DNA of 63,799 nucleotides, filler included, from Octopus bimaculoides (lineage: Eukaryota), in NCBI RefSeq assembly GCF_001194135.2. It is 4 parts of 3 records of this genome, joined end to end, with 100 filler letters (N's around TTAATTAATTAA, not from the genome) between each part and the next. Parts side by side here need not be neighbours in the genome. Positions count along the whole stretch, not along the records: positions 18,532 to 39,015 come from NC_068983.1; positions 39,116 to 59,079 come from NC_068984.1; 2 more parts are not named here. One strand, given 5' to 3'. Shown here piece by piece: positions 28,274-42,035 of this stretch. The position numbers and the translations under genes were made by a program. The stretch's first letter is position 1; the number at the start of each line of letters is the position of its first letter. Under the pieces are notes generated by a model. It had not been told where the DNA came from. It searched no databases and worked only from the letters and a program-made list of their open reading frames with translations.

Positions 28274-28570
28274 GTTGTGGAGGCACATGCCATAATGGTT
28301 AGAGTAGCGAACCCGCGATCGAGAGATCGCGTGTTCGAATCTCAGACCGGGTGATGTGTGTGCTTATGAGCGAAACACCTAAGCTCCACGCAGTTCCGGC
28401 AGAAGGTAATGGCGAGCGTCTGCTGACTCTTTGGCCACACAATTTTCTCTCACTCTTTCCTCTTGCAGCTCGCCTGCGGCAGACCGGCGTCCCGTCCAGG
28501 TGGGGGAACCTATAAGCCAATGAAACCGAGAAACCGGTCCTTATGATCCAGGCATAGCTCGGGAAGGAAC
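28274..28570 (+). mobile_element. SINE family C-related subfamily
   Basis: gtggaggcacatg..taatggttagag..gcgaaacacctaagctccacg; different 3' half. Confidence 0.65.
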
Positions 28571-28619
28571 AAACAAATGCTGCTTATTCATAGGTAGTTC
28601 TAATCGGAGTTTAAAACGT

Positions 28620-29375
28620 GTCCCTCTCCACAATAGCATAACATATGGATCAGTCCCAATTGGTCACTGAACAAAGATAACTGGACAGCAGAAAACAATC
28701 GCTCTGTATTTACAAAAGATATATCACCAACACCAATGGCTAATCTGTGAATATCTTAAGATGGTGAATTTTATTTTGGCTCAGCAGTTTAGATACACAA
28801 AGTGTCTCTGATGTATCTGTCTCTAGGATTGTAGATCTAAGCATGAGCACTGTGTGAGAAAACAATGGCCTCTAAGAGAAAACATGAATATGCCAGAGAT
28901 AAGATCATTTTACCGCCACTGTACATCAAACTAAGTTTAATATAACCGTTTGTGAAGGCTTTGAAAAACGAAGGGGACCGCTTTGACTATATTTGCGGAA
29001 AATTATCAGTGCTGAGCATAGAGGAGCCGAAGGTACGTATTCTAACGGGCTACAAATCAGGGACCTCGTGAAAGACTCATATTTACAAGATTCAATGAAC
29101 AATTGTGAGGCCCATTCAAGGTTTCGTTCACTCTTCGGAGCCATAAAGAAGATAACAACTCTGAATTAGTGGTAAACATGCCCCCTTATTTCTGTCACAT
29201 TGGAAGTAATTTGAGGATGGAAGTGTATTACTATCGCAGTCAGTTGGATCATTTCCCAGATGAACAGAATGAATGATTTCACCAAGGTTTAAGAAGTATG
29301 AAAGAAAGATACCAGGAACGCTGGGAAATACATATTTTGGCAGATTATTACAGGACCATTCAACGTGATTGTTCT
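28620..29375 (+). mobile_element. Decayed DNA transposase remnant, Chapaev3-like (CMC superfamily; tentative)
   Basis: SVPIGH, HQWLIC..LKMV, IILPPLYIKL..FVKAL, QIRDL, EQNE*FHQ...ERYQ.RW...ADY in order. The family name is recalled, not searched. Confidence 0.65.
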
Positions 29376-29584
29376 GTGCAGCTCACCAGAGGACGTTTCT
29401 GGGACGCTGCTTTCGCGAGACGTCTGAGTAAATGAACGCTTGTTTCACTATTCGCTGTTCTCATCGGTTGTATAAATAACAGTTAGGGATATAACATATC
29501 TCGATAACTAGAGCTGATAGAGAAAATCTGCTGGAATATTTAGAATCAGCGACAAAATATATTTAAAAATTGCGTTCCCCAGTT

Positions 29585-29597
29585 CTATGTATGTATG

Positions 29598-29648
<51 letters not shown>

Positions 29649-29651
29649 TTA

Positions 29652-29743
<92 letters not shown>

Positions 29744-29755
29744 CATCTATCTATG
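29585..29755. repeat. (CTAT)n/(CTGT)n microsatellite
   Basis: Read directly; similar (CTAT)n tracts at about 3020-3090 and 18270-18320. Confidence 0.95.
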
Positions 29756-31273
29756 TTTTACTTGGTTTTATTACGCTGTCTTATAAGCACGCGTTACATC
29801 TCTAACACTCTGCCGTGTCTTCATCACTATTTTCTACTTGCATTTCTCTTATTTTAAAATCACTTGTAAACAGCCAGTACTTCTATTTTTCCTATTCTTA
29901 CGTTGAGTTTCAATAAAACTCCTTTCATTAAAAAGCATTTCTGTAAACCAAACGATTTCTGAAAACCATTAAAAGCCTTCTCGTATTTTTGTTGTCTACA
30001 ACCATCAAAAGTTTTCTCTGAATATTAACTGTTCTTGAATCACGAATTACACCTCCGACCCGCAGCCTAGAAGGACCTGCGAAAGGGTATGGACACAGTG
30101 TTTGCTTTTCAGAGTTTTAAATAACAAAAATCGTTGCAGCAGTAATAGAATTTAAAAAAAGAACGAGGCAAATAAAATGGTGCTAAAAGACGCTAATGAT
30201 GACGACGATCAGTTAGGAGGGTGGAAGCGGATGACGATAATGGTGATGTTGACCATTCATTGAATTAAAAATAGGAAAAAAAATCGTTTCCTTTGTAAAC
30301 AAAACAAAACAAAAGCATACGCAACCATACAAACACAGGCAAAAACTTGCACATACACTCCTAGCAATGATGATTAAAATTTTCTCATAGAAGACGGAAA
30401 TGGCTCGATCAGAATAATGTATTTACACTGATGCAGACGATTTGTGAGGCGAGGATAGATGGATGGTGGAGAAATGTGCGAGAGATAATTGTAAATAAAC
30501 TAACTGTTAATAAAATATAATATCAAACACTAAATATAATTGAGAAATAAAAAAAACAAACAAAAAAAACAAACAAACAAACAAAAGCAACTAAAACTAA
30601 AAGTAATCGAGAAATACGAACAACCAAGATGAGATAACAATAAGCTTAATGAAAGAAATATATAAAAGTGTAAGAATAAACCGATATTACTAATATTAAT
30701 TGTGGCAAAGACTGTGTTTGGGTTAGTGCAGCTGAAGACAGTAATGATGAAAAGGACGATGACGATGATGATGATGATGATGATAATGATGATGATAATG
30801 ATGATGATGATGATGATGATTATGATGATGACGATGATGATGATGATGATGAGGGAGTTTATGAGAAAGACTAAGAGGTCGAAGTTGTTGATGATGAATT
30901 GGAAACTGTGGATAATACTGTGTCTGTCTGATACTGATGATATCAGACGCAGACGATAACCTGATAAAGATGATATTTGGAATCAATGCTGGAATCCTGT
31001 AAAGTTCCCCATGTGTTGTACGGAATTTAGAAACAATTTCTAAGAGGGACATATTTCAGAAGTGTCTCGTTCTTTTTTATTTTCCAGATCGATCGTCGTT
31101 AACTCCTGAAACGCTGGTAATTTCAACAAAGTAAGTAGCTTATCTCGTGCTTGCCCAAGCAAATATATATTTGTTAAAAATCATGGCGGGGATCTGGTAG
31201 AATCGTTAGCACGCCGGGCAAAATGCTTAGTAGACATTCGTACTTTTCAGCACAATCCTTTGTGCTTTTAAAA

Positions 31274-31274
<1 letters not shown>

Positions 31275-31326
<52 letters not shown>

Positions 31327-31437
31327 CATTCTTCTTCTTCTTCTTCTTCTTCTTCTTCTTCTTCTTCTTCTTCTTCTTCTTCTTCTTCTTCTTCTTCTTC
31401 TTCTTCTTCTTCTTCTTCTTCTTCTTCTTCTTCTTCT
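31275..31437. repeat. (ATT)n-(CTT)n compound microsatellite
   Basis: Read directly. Confidence 0.95.
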
Positions 31438-31444
31438 TGAGTTA

Positions 31445-31900
31445 GAAAGCAGTGCATGCCATGAAAGTGACACTGGGGTAAAATATATGACTACCTATCT
31501 GATAAGGGTACACCAGGCACGTGCATCACAACCATTTGTGCGTGACATGGTTACCTCATATCAAGATTAACAGCGCATGACCTTGCAGATGGGGTCTAAT
31601 CAAAATTTTCTTCAGGTCGAGTAGCCCGTCCCACTCAAACGTTCCTCAACAAGGCTTGTTTAAGGATGTTGAGCAAAACACCCATGTTTCCAAAGGCGAA
31701 TTATTCAATCCCCAAAGAATTCCTCTCATCACATGGCTATGATGCTCCCCAACTACTTCTGCTCATGATCAGAGATGCACATATCGTCAGCAATCAAGGG
31801 ATATGCTCAACTGGTTGAGGTCAAACAACTGACAAGCAAATCTGTGGTATTAAGCAGAATATTTGATGTAGCCCATCTTTTTATACCAAGACAAAACATT
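31445..31900 (-). mobile_element. Unclassified interspersed repeat X
   Basis: Shares about 80 nt with 11728-11807; bounded by (TTA)n and (CTT)n tracts. Confidence 0.6.
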
Positions 31901-31906
31901 TTTTAA

Positions 31907-31973
<67 letters not shown>

Positions 31974-31974
31974 T

Positions 31975-32540
31975 CTTTTTAGCACAGAACTTGTTGGAAC
32001 TTCTGGGGTTTTGCATGCGAAGTGGTCTTGCTACCTGCAGCCCACGGTACCATGCTATCCGTTCTTTTCAGCTATCTATTACTTACCTGATTATTGTAGC
32101 CGTTCCAAGGGAGAAAACCTTTTGTAACAGTTCTACTGGTAACTCTGTCCCAGTTTATTTGATATTCCGCTTGATGCCTTCTAAAGGACCTACATTAATT
32201 GGCACTATCTTAAACTTCATATTCTATAGCCGGGCTATTTCGTACTTAAGAAGGTTGTATTTATGTATATGTTCGCCTGCCTTCTTGACTATTCGTGGGT
32301 CAAAGGGTCATGCAACATCAACTATAAGGCACATGTGGTGCATCTTATCCGCCACCACTAGGTCCAGTCTATTATGCATCTGATCTGTTTGGATTGGGAA
32401 ATCCCAGAGAATTTTGCTCGTCTGTTGCCCCTCCAGTCTCTGCGGTTTGTGTTCATACCACGTGTTGCCTCTGTCTAACCCCAACTTTTCGCACAATTTT
32501 CGATGTAGCACTTTCGATACCTGATCATGTTGCCACAACT
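31975..32540 (-). mobile_element. R4/Dong-clade LINE, restriction-like endonuclease domain fragment
   Basis: QHDQV...KLC...WYEHKP...ILWDFPIQTD..NRLDLVV..CLIVDVACPFD...LLQK..SLGTA.IIR; (TTA)n on the 3' side. Confidence 0.8.
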
Positions 32541-32702
32541 TGTGGCAGAATTCTTTTCATGCTGGACGAAATTCTTTACGGTATTTCGCCCATCGCTACG
32601 TTCTGAGTTCAAATTCCACCGTGTTCGACTTTGCCTTTCATCCTTGTGACTTTAGTAGAAAAGATTATTATTATTATTATTATCATCATCATTATTATTA
32701 TA

Positions 32703-32738
<36 letters not shown>

Positions 32739-34037
32739 GATGGGGCCAGCTAGCAGAAAAGTTATCTCGCCGGGAAAACTGCTTATCGGCATTTCATGCG
32801 TTGTTGAGAGTTCAAATTCCGCCCAATCAAATTTACTTTCCATCCTTTCAGGCTCGATGAAAAACTTATCAGTCGAGCACTTGCATTCATCAATCTCCGT
32901 CCTCCAAAATTTCAGGTCATGTGCCAATAGTAGATAGGAATATTATTAACAATGCTGATGTTTACCAGGGGCAAACAGCTCAAATCCTATCATAGGTCGA
33001 CTTTATTTTTCATTCTTCTAATATCGCTAAACAAATTACCAGTTATATAAGTTAATCAGCCCCGTCAGTCGTAGCTTCTTATAAACGTGTCTTCCTGTAT
33101 TAGTAAGACATCAGTACCAATTAGTGATTAATAACGTTGTTGTTGTTGTGGTGGTGGTGATGATGATGATGAAGATGATGATGATGATAGTGATGTCGAC
33201 GACAACGGCGATAGTCATTGATGCTATTGCTGCTGCTGCCGATGATGATGATGATGATGATCACTATCAGCGCCACTAAAACAACTACCACCATCACCAC
33301 CACCACCAACTCCACGACGCTGGAAACCTTTCCCTTGTGAATGTTGTGATGACATTTCAGTTGACGGTGTTGGAAATGGTGAAGAAGAAGAAGAAGAAGA
33401 AGAAGAAGAAGAAGAAGAAGAAGAAGAAGAAGAAGAAGAAGAAGAAGAAGATGATGATGATGATGATGATGGTGATGATGTTGAAGAAGGTGGTGATGCC
33501 GAGACGATGCTAGTGACGGTTATGAATGGCGGAAGTTGGTCGGGCTGTCGGTAGAGATTTTCGGATGATAGTAATTGAAGCAATCGAGAGATAAATTAGA
33601 AGAATATTAATGGTAATTAACAATGAGACCGTATTCTGATGTCAACAATTTTCAAAGAAGCGTTAGCGTAGAAAGGAAAAAAAGAAGATACAATAGTGCA
33701 ATTTTAAATTCATTATTGATTTCTTATTTTAAAGAAGGCGAACAGCTGACGGCCTGAACAAAATTACCCATGGACACGCTCTGCAATTGAACTGAATGCT
33801 AAGGTCGGTGAAGATGTATTTTATGTAGCGAGAGAAGACATTTTAATTAAAATTTGTTGGTTGTATCCTCCGCGTTTCTTAATGATTAAATGATTCTTCG
33901 ACTTCGCCAAAAATTAATTAATATATTATCTCACTATGTAAGTGTCATGTTCGCCGAGCTGCAAACGGTCGAATCTCTTGAGCTGTGGGCACACAACAAA
34001 CCGGAGAGTTTATTTATGACCTCTGCGCGTTTCGGTA

Positions 34038-34393
34038 GTGGAGGCGCAATGGCCCAGTGGTTAGGGCATCGGACTCGCAGTCATAGGATCGCGGTTTCGA
34101 TTCCCAGACCGGGCGTTGTGAGTGTTTATTGAGCGAAAACATCTAAAGCTCCACGAGGCTCCGGCTGTACTCTTCCACCACAACTTTCTCTCACTCTTAC
34201 TTCCTGTTTCTGTTGTCCCTGTAATTCAAAGGGTCAGCCTTGTCACACTGTGTCATGCTGAATATCCCCGAGGACTACATTAAGGGTACACGTGTCAGTG
34301 GAGTGCTCAGTTACTTGCACGTTAATTTCACAAGCAGGCTGTTCCGTTGATCGGTTCAACTGGAACCCTCGACGTCGTAAGCGACGGAGTGCC

Positions 34394-34396
<3 letters not shown>
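34038..34396 (+). mobile_element. SINE family C with 22-nt internal deletion and (CA)n tail
   Basis: Matches 24703-25088 except for the missing aggggatggtggcgaaccctgc. Confidence 0.88.
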
Positions 34397-34446
<50 letters not shown>

Positions 34447-37290
34447 CTCGGTACTTTAGTCGATCATCTGTAATTTCTGAGCTTCTTGCGAAATCTAATC
34501 AAAGAGAGAGAGAGGGAGAGAGACCAGTATTTAACTATTTCATATTTGCTCGCCACGAAATGATGAAAGGCATAGTAAGCCCCTGCATGATTTGAACCCA
34601 GACTGCAGACCACCAGATACGATACCGGGCATTCTACCGACACTCTAGCAACTCTGTGTAGTTTCAGCCTTCAATGCACTGTAAACAATTGCTTTATACA
34701 CTTTAGAGCGCGTTGCTTTAAGAATTAACATCGATGTGCAGCAGGGATAAATGAAATATTTTCTCACATACTAGACATAGTTAAGGACTTTCTACATGAG
34801 ATGCCATCTCTTTCTCTCTATATATTATATAAAGGCGAATAGTCTATGGAGATCAGAATTAAAAAAAACATTCTATTTACCTTCTTCACTAAACAATGCA
34901 CAGTTTTACTCATTTATTTAATGGTTCAAAGATCAGTATTGAGGAAAGTGCAGTTAAGAATCTTCTTCGCTCTTGGATTCAGGATAATATCAAAATATAA
35001 CCGTAGTTGTCTCACGTACTTGAAGATTTTTTTTTTCTTTCGCAGCATTGTTTTCTAGCTAAGCTTTTAGTGTTCTCTGCATGAATTATGTTGAGATAGT
35101 TTAACTATTGTGCAATGTGATTATTTAAAGTAACTTGGGCAACACTGCTGTGAAAGGATCATATGTCTTTCAATGTTATTAGTAATAGATATGAAATAAA
35201 ATGATTTTCATTATTCATTAGAATCTTCTATAGAATGCCTTACGCTATTTGTTTGAACTGAGTTTTGGATTCCATTCGGAGAAGGTCAGCTTTGCCGTAT
35301 ATAGTTTCAGGTGGCTAAATAGTACCAAAGCAAGACGATAGATTGGCAGAACGGTTAGATAGTCGGGCAAGATGTGCTGTTCCCGTTTCCGCGTTCTTAT
35401 AGCAACAACACCTACATTGACACTGGTATCAAGTTGAATCAACTCATGTTGAACTAGTCCTCCACTTGTTTTAATATCACCATCGGAAGTTGGATACTTT
35501 TAGAATAATTCAGTTGTTTTCAAGCATTGAGGCAGCTTGCCGGTTTCATCTCGGTCTGCTGTTAATTACTGCAACAGCTTATGAGACATGTGTTTTTCTT
35601 TCCCACTTCAGTCAAGTGCAGGGGTCATCCAAATGTCATGGAAGCTGCCCTTTATTTTATGATTCAAGCATACATACGCAAAAAAAAAACAAAAAAAAAA
35701 GAGTTGTAGGATAAATTTTTCTGCTATTGGTTTTCCTCCATAGATTCAGTTTCGTTTCGTTTCGGGATAGTGGTCTTTCACTGAAATATGAGTGTCCGCA
35801 CTTCAGATCCCATAAGATGTAGACTTTTAATTAAAATAACTAGCGCTATTTTGCTGATTATACGTAATCTAACTGATACGATATGAAACGGTGAAAATTC
35901 AGATTCTGGTGTGAATATCTATACTAATTTTATTGAAGTAGATTAGTAAAAAGATTAATCGGAATACCTGCCAGCAGCACTTCAACAAGAAGATAAGACT
36001 ATAAAGATCTAATGACAGTGCTCTGTTCTATCAATGGAAACAGTACATGTTTATGGTGGATTAAAAAAATTAATCTTCAAACAAACTGCGAGGAATCCAT
36101 ACGAAGATATAAAAAGCAAAATGGAAAAAAAAGGAAAGTCTATTTCATGTGACTGTGTGTCTGTATGTGTGTGTGTTTGTGTCAGTGCGTGTGTATGAAT
36201 GTATTGTGTATGTATAACATGGAAGTCAGCCCAAATAGACTCGGCGGCCCATAAATGTATTAGATGCTGATAGAGATGTAACGCTTTGCAGTGAAAGTAT
36301 TTATATCTTCAGATAGGCCCATTTCTCGTACGCAGATGTGTATGAAAAACGAGATAACTCATTTCGGGATCCGTAGCATAAAGAATATGACAATTGCTTG
36401 TTACTGTGCCTGAATGCGCAGATGAATTTTAACCAAACTGAAGGACGTCGGTAGTTTAAAAAAAATTTAACACATTTATGTCGAACATAAGTGGTTACAG
36501 GCAACAACTGTACTGCTGTTTTAAAAGTAGTTAAAAGCGGTTTGAAAGCATAGCGTGCATAGTTCATTTATATGAATGCTGTAAAACATTTGTTTCCTTA
36601 GAGATGTCACCAGTTCATATAGATATTAAGATTAAGTTTCTTGTCATCTGATTTTATAACATTTTGTAGGTTCGGGTATTGATATAAATTGTTAATTGTT
36701 GCTGTAAAAACTGACATAATATCATATACATCAATAGTAAAACTTATTTTCCTGCATAACTAGCTCCGACACGTATTCCACCGTATCTAAGTTCATTCAG
36801 AATTAGCGATTGAAATTCTGTCTGAATACAATTTGCATTCTCGTTTGTAGTTAACCGATTGATGTCTATAAATAAAGACTGTTAGTGCCCTAATTAATTT
36901 TATTTATATATCAGTTCGAACTGGCTCAGTAGATTTAACAGTACATTGTGAAAGACTTCCTTTGGATATTACTAATTTAATAAATACGAGTAACGTCCCT
37001 TGATTGAGAGATTGATCGTTTGAAATGATAGCTTGCTTATTTCATTACTGTTTATAGATTTTCAGTTGTGAGCTTGAAGGGTTCTTCGCGTTGCCCGAAA
37101 AATAGAATATATCTTTTCGTTTATTGGGTTTAAGATACATAGCCTACAAGTTTATATTGATAAATAAAAGTGTACATGGACAAATACGTTTGTAGGGATA
37201 CAGATTTCTTTTTACGTGTATTTCACTAGACACACAAAACTATATTTACACAAGCACACACACATACACACAGTCACACGTACACACACA

Positions 37291-37362
<72 letters not shown>

Positions 37363-37946
37363 NNNNNNNNNNNNNNNNNNNNNNNNNNNNNNNNNNNNNN
37401 NNNNNNNNNNNNNNNNNNNNNNNNNNNNNNNNNNNNNNNNNNNNNNNNNNNNNNNNNNNNNNNNNNNNNNNNNNNNNNNNNNNNNNNNNNNNNNNNNNNN
37501 NNNNNNNNNNNNNNNNNNNNNNNNNNNNNNNNNNNNNNNNNNNNNNNNNNNNNNNNNNNNNNNNNNNNNNNNNNNNNNNNNNNNNNNNNNNNNNNNNNNN
37601 NNNNNNNNNNNNNNNNNNNNNNNNNNNNNNNNNNNNNNNNNNNNNNNNNNNNNNNNNNNNNNNNNNNNNNNNNNNNNNNNNNNNNNNNNNNNNNNNNNNN
37701 NNNNNNNNNNNNNNNNNNNNNNNNNNNNNNNNNNNNNNNNNNNNNNNNNNNNNNNNNNNNNNNNNNNNNNNNNNNNNNNNNNNNNNNNNNNNNNNNNNNN
37801 NNNNNNNNNNNNNNNNNNNNNNNNNNNNNNNNNNNNNNNNNNNNNNNNNNNNNNNNNNNNNNNNNNNNNNNNNNNNNNNNNNNNNNNNNNNNNNNNNNNN
37901 NNNNNNNNNNNNNNNNNNNNNNNNNNNNNNNNNNNNNNNNNNNNNN

Positions 37947-38000
<54 letters not shown>

Positions 38001-38514
38001 CACACACACACACACGAACATACACACACACAAACATCTTCCCCCAGACAGATATATACACATACGCACGGACACACTCACTCACTCACGCAGAGTCCCG
38101 TATACAGTCAGATATTTTCATTTTAGAGGGTGATTAATTATTGTGGGAGAGAGAGAGAGAGAGAGAGCGAACCAATAGCTACAGAAAGGAAGACAGTAGA
38201 AACGGAATCAAAGGGAACATTAAAAATCAATAACTAAACTAATATCGTTATTTAATCATAACGTTTCACTGATATGAGTAAATTAATGGTAAACACAACC
38301 CACCATTTTCTAAGAACGGTCGAGATCTTCTCAGAACTATTTGCATTGTTAAAGAAGATGAAAAATATTTATTGTTGTATTCAGATTTCATAAAGAGTTA
38401 TTTCAATGTATCTCTTTTATCTTTTAAGTACAATTGTTTAATATAGATCTCATGTCGCTTTTAAACAAAGGAAACTATCCTTAATAGCAAAGACTACAAA
38501 CCAATGTACGATAT

Positions 38515-38691
38515 ATGTATGTACGAACATTCGTGTGTATGTATGTATGTATGTATGTATGTATACATGTATGTATGTATGCATGCATGCATGCATGTAT
38601 GTATGTATGTATGTATACATGTATGTATGTATGTATGTATGTATGTATGTATGTATGTATGTATGTGTTTGTATGCATGTATATGTGTATT

Positions 38692-38730
<39 letters not shown>

Positions 38731-38966
38731 ATATATATATATATGTTGGTATGCATGTATATGTGTATTTGTGTATATATGCATGTCTATGTGTATTTGT
38801 GTATATATACATGTATATGTGTATTCGTGTGTATATATATATATGTATATATATATATATAATCATACACTTATGTGTATACATATAAGTATGCATGCAT
38901 CTATGTATGTATGTATGTATGTATGTATGTATGTATGTATGTATCTCTGTCTGTCTGTCTCGATAT

Positions 38967-39015
<49 letters not shown>
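38515..39015. repeat. (TATG)n/(TA)n degenerate simple repeat
   Basis: Read directly; source of the stacked MYVC/HTYI ORFs. Confidence 0.92.
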
Positions 39016-39115
39016 NNNNNNNNNNNNNNNNNNNNNNNNNNNNNNNNNNNNNNNNNNNNTTAATTAATTAANNNNNNNNNNNNNNNNNNNNNNNNNNNNN
39101 NNNNNNNNNNNNNNN
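39016..39115. other. Assembly linker N44-TTAATTAATTAA-N44
   Basis: Same structure as 18432-18531. Confidence 0.9.
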
Positions 39116-39119
39116 ATTT

Positions 39120-39310
39120 TGTTGGATGGCCATTGACTGTTCAGGAGTTCCTCTGCTCTTTGACGGGTCCTATTTTTCATCCTGCATGGTATCCAACAAC
39201 ACCCTCCTCACCAAGCAAGCCTGGTGGGGTTACCAGTTTAGTCGCCGACGACCCAACCATGCGACAGGTTGTACTGGATTACATATTACCGGTAGCACTC
39301 AGAGCGACTT
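39120..39310 (-). mobile_element. Probable LINE (RTE-like) 5' region fragment
   Basis: GC-richer block containing gggtcgtcggcgactaaac...ggtgaggagggt, reminiscent of RTE 5' leaders. No protein motif seen. Confidence 0.3.
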
Positions 39311-39362
39311 GACAAAATATCTGTAAATATGTATATATCTTTTTTTTTATATGCATGTATAT

Positions 39363-39762
39363 GGAGTGGCTGTGTGGTAAGTAGCTTGCTTACCAACCAC
39401 ATGGTTCCGGGTTCAGTCCCACTGCGTGGCACCTTGGGCAAGTGTCTTCTACTATAGCCTCGGGCCGACCAAAGCCTTGTGAGTGGATTTGGTAGACGGA
39501 AACTGAAAGAAGCCCGTCGTATATATGTATATATATATATATGTATGTGTGTTTGTGTGTCTGTGTTTGTCCCCCCACCATCGGTTGACAACCGATGGTG
39601 GTGTGTTTACGTCCCCGTAACCTAGCGGTTCGGCAAAAGAGACCGATAGAATAAGTACTAGGCTTCCAAAGAATAAGTCCTGGGGTCGATTTGCTCAACT
39701 AAAGGCGGTGCTCCAGCATGGCCGCAGTCAAAATGACTGAAACAAGTAAAAGAGTAAAAGAG
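39363..39762 (+). mobile_element. SINE family A (tRNA-like head), near full length
   Basis: GGAGTGGCTGTGTGG...GGTTCAGTCC A/B-box-like head, internal (TA)/(TG) tract, tail GTAAAAGAGTAAAAGAG. Multiple copies in the window. Confidence 0.85.
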
Positions 39763-40264
39763 TATATATATTATTTATATTCAAATCTTTATATTTTGCA
39801 ATTGCATATCTTTTACTTTTTTATATGTATATGTATATTTTTACTTTTATATACATATTTATTTATATTTGTGCATATCTTTAAATTTTTATATTTATAT
39901 GTATTATTTATATTTAATTCTTATTTACATTTGCAAATCACATATCGTACTTTTCTTTCATTTTTATATGTATGAGCTACTCCGCGTCGATCACTGGAGT
40001 GATATTTGATCCCTTTATAGAGTGTTTGAGTGTCGGTTTGGTGTCTGGAATGGGATAGCTTACCTCATGGGCAGGTAGAAGCTCTTTAATCTTGGGTGGT
40101 AATCTACCAAGGAGAAAGAAATCTCCGAAATAAAATCTGAATCCTTGGAAGTCCCTGGTTTTATCAATTTTCATGTCTCACCAGCGGAAGTCTTCTTGGG
40201 CCAATAGGTGGGGGTGTGTGCAGTGCAAGCTACACCCATTGAAAATTATTCATAAACATATCAA

Positions 40265-40865
40265 AAAGGTGGTATGAAAACATTACCGGACTAGTTCTGT
40301 CTCGCACTGACAGGTGGCAGCACATGATTGCGTGCGCAGTGAGAGCTAGCAAACGTATTGTCGACACCAACAAGATTAGAAGTATCACGGTCACCGCATC
40401 AACCAATTTGTTACCGTTGAAATTCGTCTAATTGTCCGGTCAGTAGATCTGTTTCACTAAAGAAGTTGTACACCGAGCAGCCATAACAACTCCGACAGCA
40501 TTGAAAGGAATTATACTGGCTTTCATGAGGCAGTCTACCGAGTGACATCGCTTTGCTTATTTCGCAAGTTGTGAAATTTGTGTTTTTGCGATCACGTGTA
40601 TGTTGTAGTCTGCGATTTTGTCATGGAAAGCAAGTTGGAACAAAGTGCCAACATGAAATTTTGCGTTAAATTTGGGAAGCCTGCTGCAGGGACATTGAGT
40701 ATATTTCGGCAAGCTTACGACAACGAGACTTGTGGAACAGATGTACCCTGTCACCGAGACAATACACCCTGTCACCGAGCTCTCCTCACTCGTGAGTTTC
40801 TCGGTCAAAAGAACATGTTATCGCTTCGGCACTCACTCTATTCGCTAGATTTAGCACCTGCGGTT
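40265..40865 (+). mobile_element. Internally deleted mariner element
   Basis: EQSANMKFCVKFGK...RQAY (N-terminus) fused directly to HRDNTPCH...SLYSLDLAP (catalytic HxDNAP and YSPDLAP motifs). Confidence 0.75.
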
Positions 40866-41656
40866 ATAGTATTATATGATCCAGAAATCTCCGAACGTTT
40901 CTTAAATGGTTTTATCTAGATAGTACTAGTTTTGCTATTCTGCTACTGAGGTGGTTTTATGATCGTTATTTTATGACTATTTTTTTCTTTTTTCCTACTT
41001 GTCTTATTATTTCTACTAATCCTTCTGACATAAACTTCTAGGGTTTCTTTAGTGTTTACTTTAAATCAGATATCAATTCTATTTTTATGGGTATGAGACA
41101 TTACCCCTTATCAACAATATTTGCTTAACTTTTTCGAATCATCTTAATGAGTTATTGTGTGTCTAACTTCGAAATATCCTATATCCTATCTTTCACTGCG
41201 ATTTATATTATAATATTTAGCATCAATGGTCAATGAATTTGTTCTGACCTAAATAAGTTGCTGTTACTATAGCTGAAATTATATTCATTTATATATTTTT
41301 TCTCTATACACTGAGTTTAGTCTGAGCTTAAATATCCAATTTCGGACAACAACAGAGTGCTTATAAAGTATATGTCAAGATCTTGAAATGCCTATTCCTT
41401 TGTGTTTTACACACACACACACACACACACACACGCACGCGCGTGTGTGTGTTGTGTGTGAGTATGTATCTATAGCCTAAATCAGAAAAAACCATGCTCT
41501 TGTATATTTGTCAGTAGAGTGGGTATATATATCGAAGTGTACAGTGTCATATTTCCATTACGGCCGATTCAGAAATGGCAGTTATGTGATGAAATATGGC
41601 GACTGCTCTCTATTGTTGGAGACAGACACATCCGGTTTGTGGTTGCTTTTTTTACA

Positions 41657-41721
<65 letters not shown>

Positions 41722-41908
41722 TGCATATCTATATGTATGCATGTATGTATGTATATATTTATGTATGCATACATTTATGTATGTAGAAAATTTTCTTCTT
41801 TATGCATATCTATTTAAAAATTTGAAACAAATGTTAATAATTTACAAGAATTGCGATTAAATGAAACAATGATTATGGCTGAAGCGAAGCTCTTAAATGA
41901 ACACAAAC

Positions 41909-42035
41909 CTGTAATGTTGCAAGTATAGCGAATATGTATTCAAATACCACAGTGTCCTCATTGACGGCAAATAGACCGATGATCCATGTAAAACCCAACA
42001 ACGGGGACAAAACCAGCAGCGCCCGAGCTCCTTTC
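41909..42035 (-). CDS. aGPCR exon: TM6-ECL3-TM7 (127 nt)
   Basis: cag|G AAA GGA ... TTA CAG|gtttgt. Contains LL.PLLG.TW.G...VNE...F.YIFAI...LQ. Confidence 0.94.

Noticed and set aside
36301-36567. 88-aa non-repetitive ORF as the receptor C-tail (also 27047-27418)
   Set aside because: No convincing acceptor in the required phase and no recognisable motif; length is within chance expectation.
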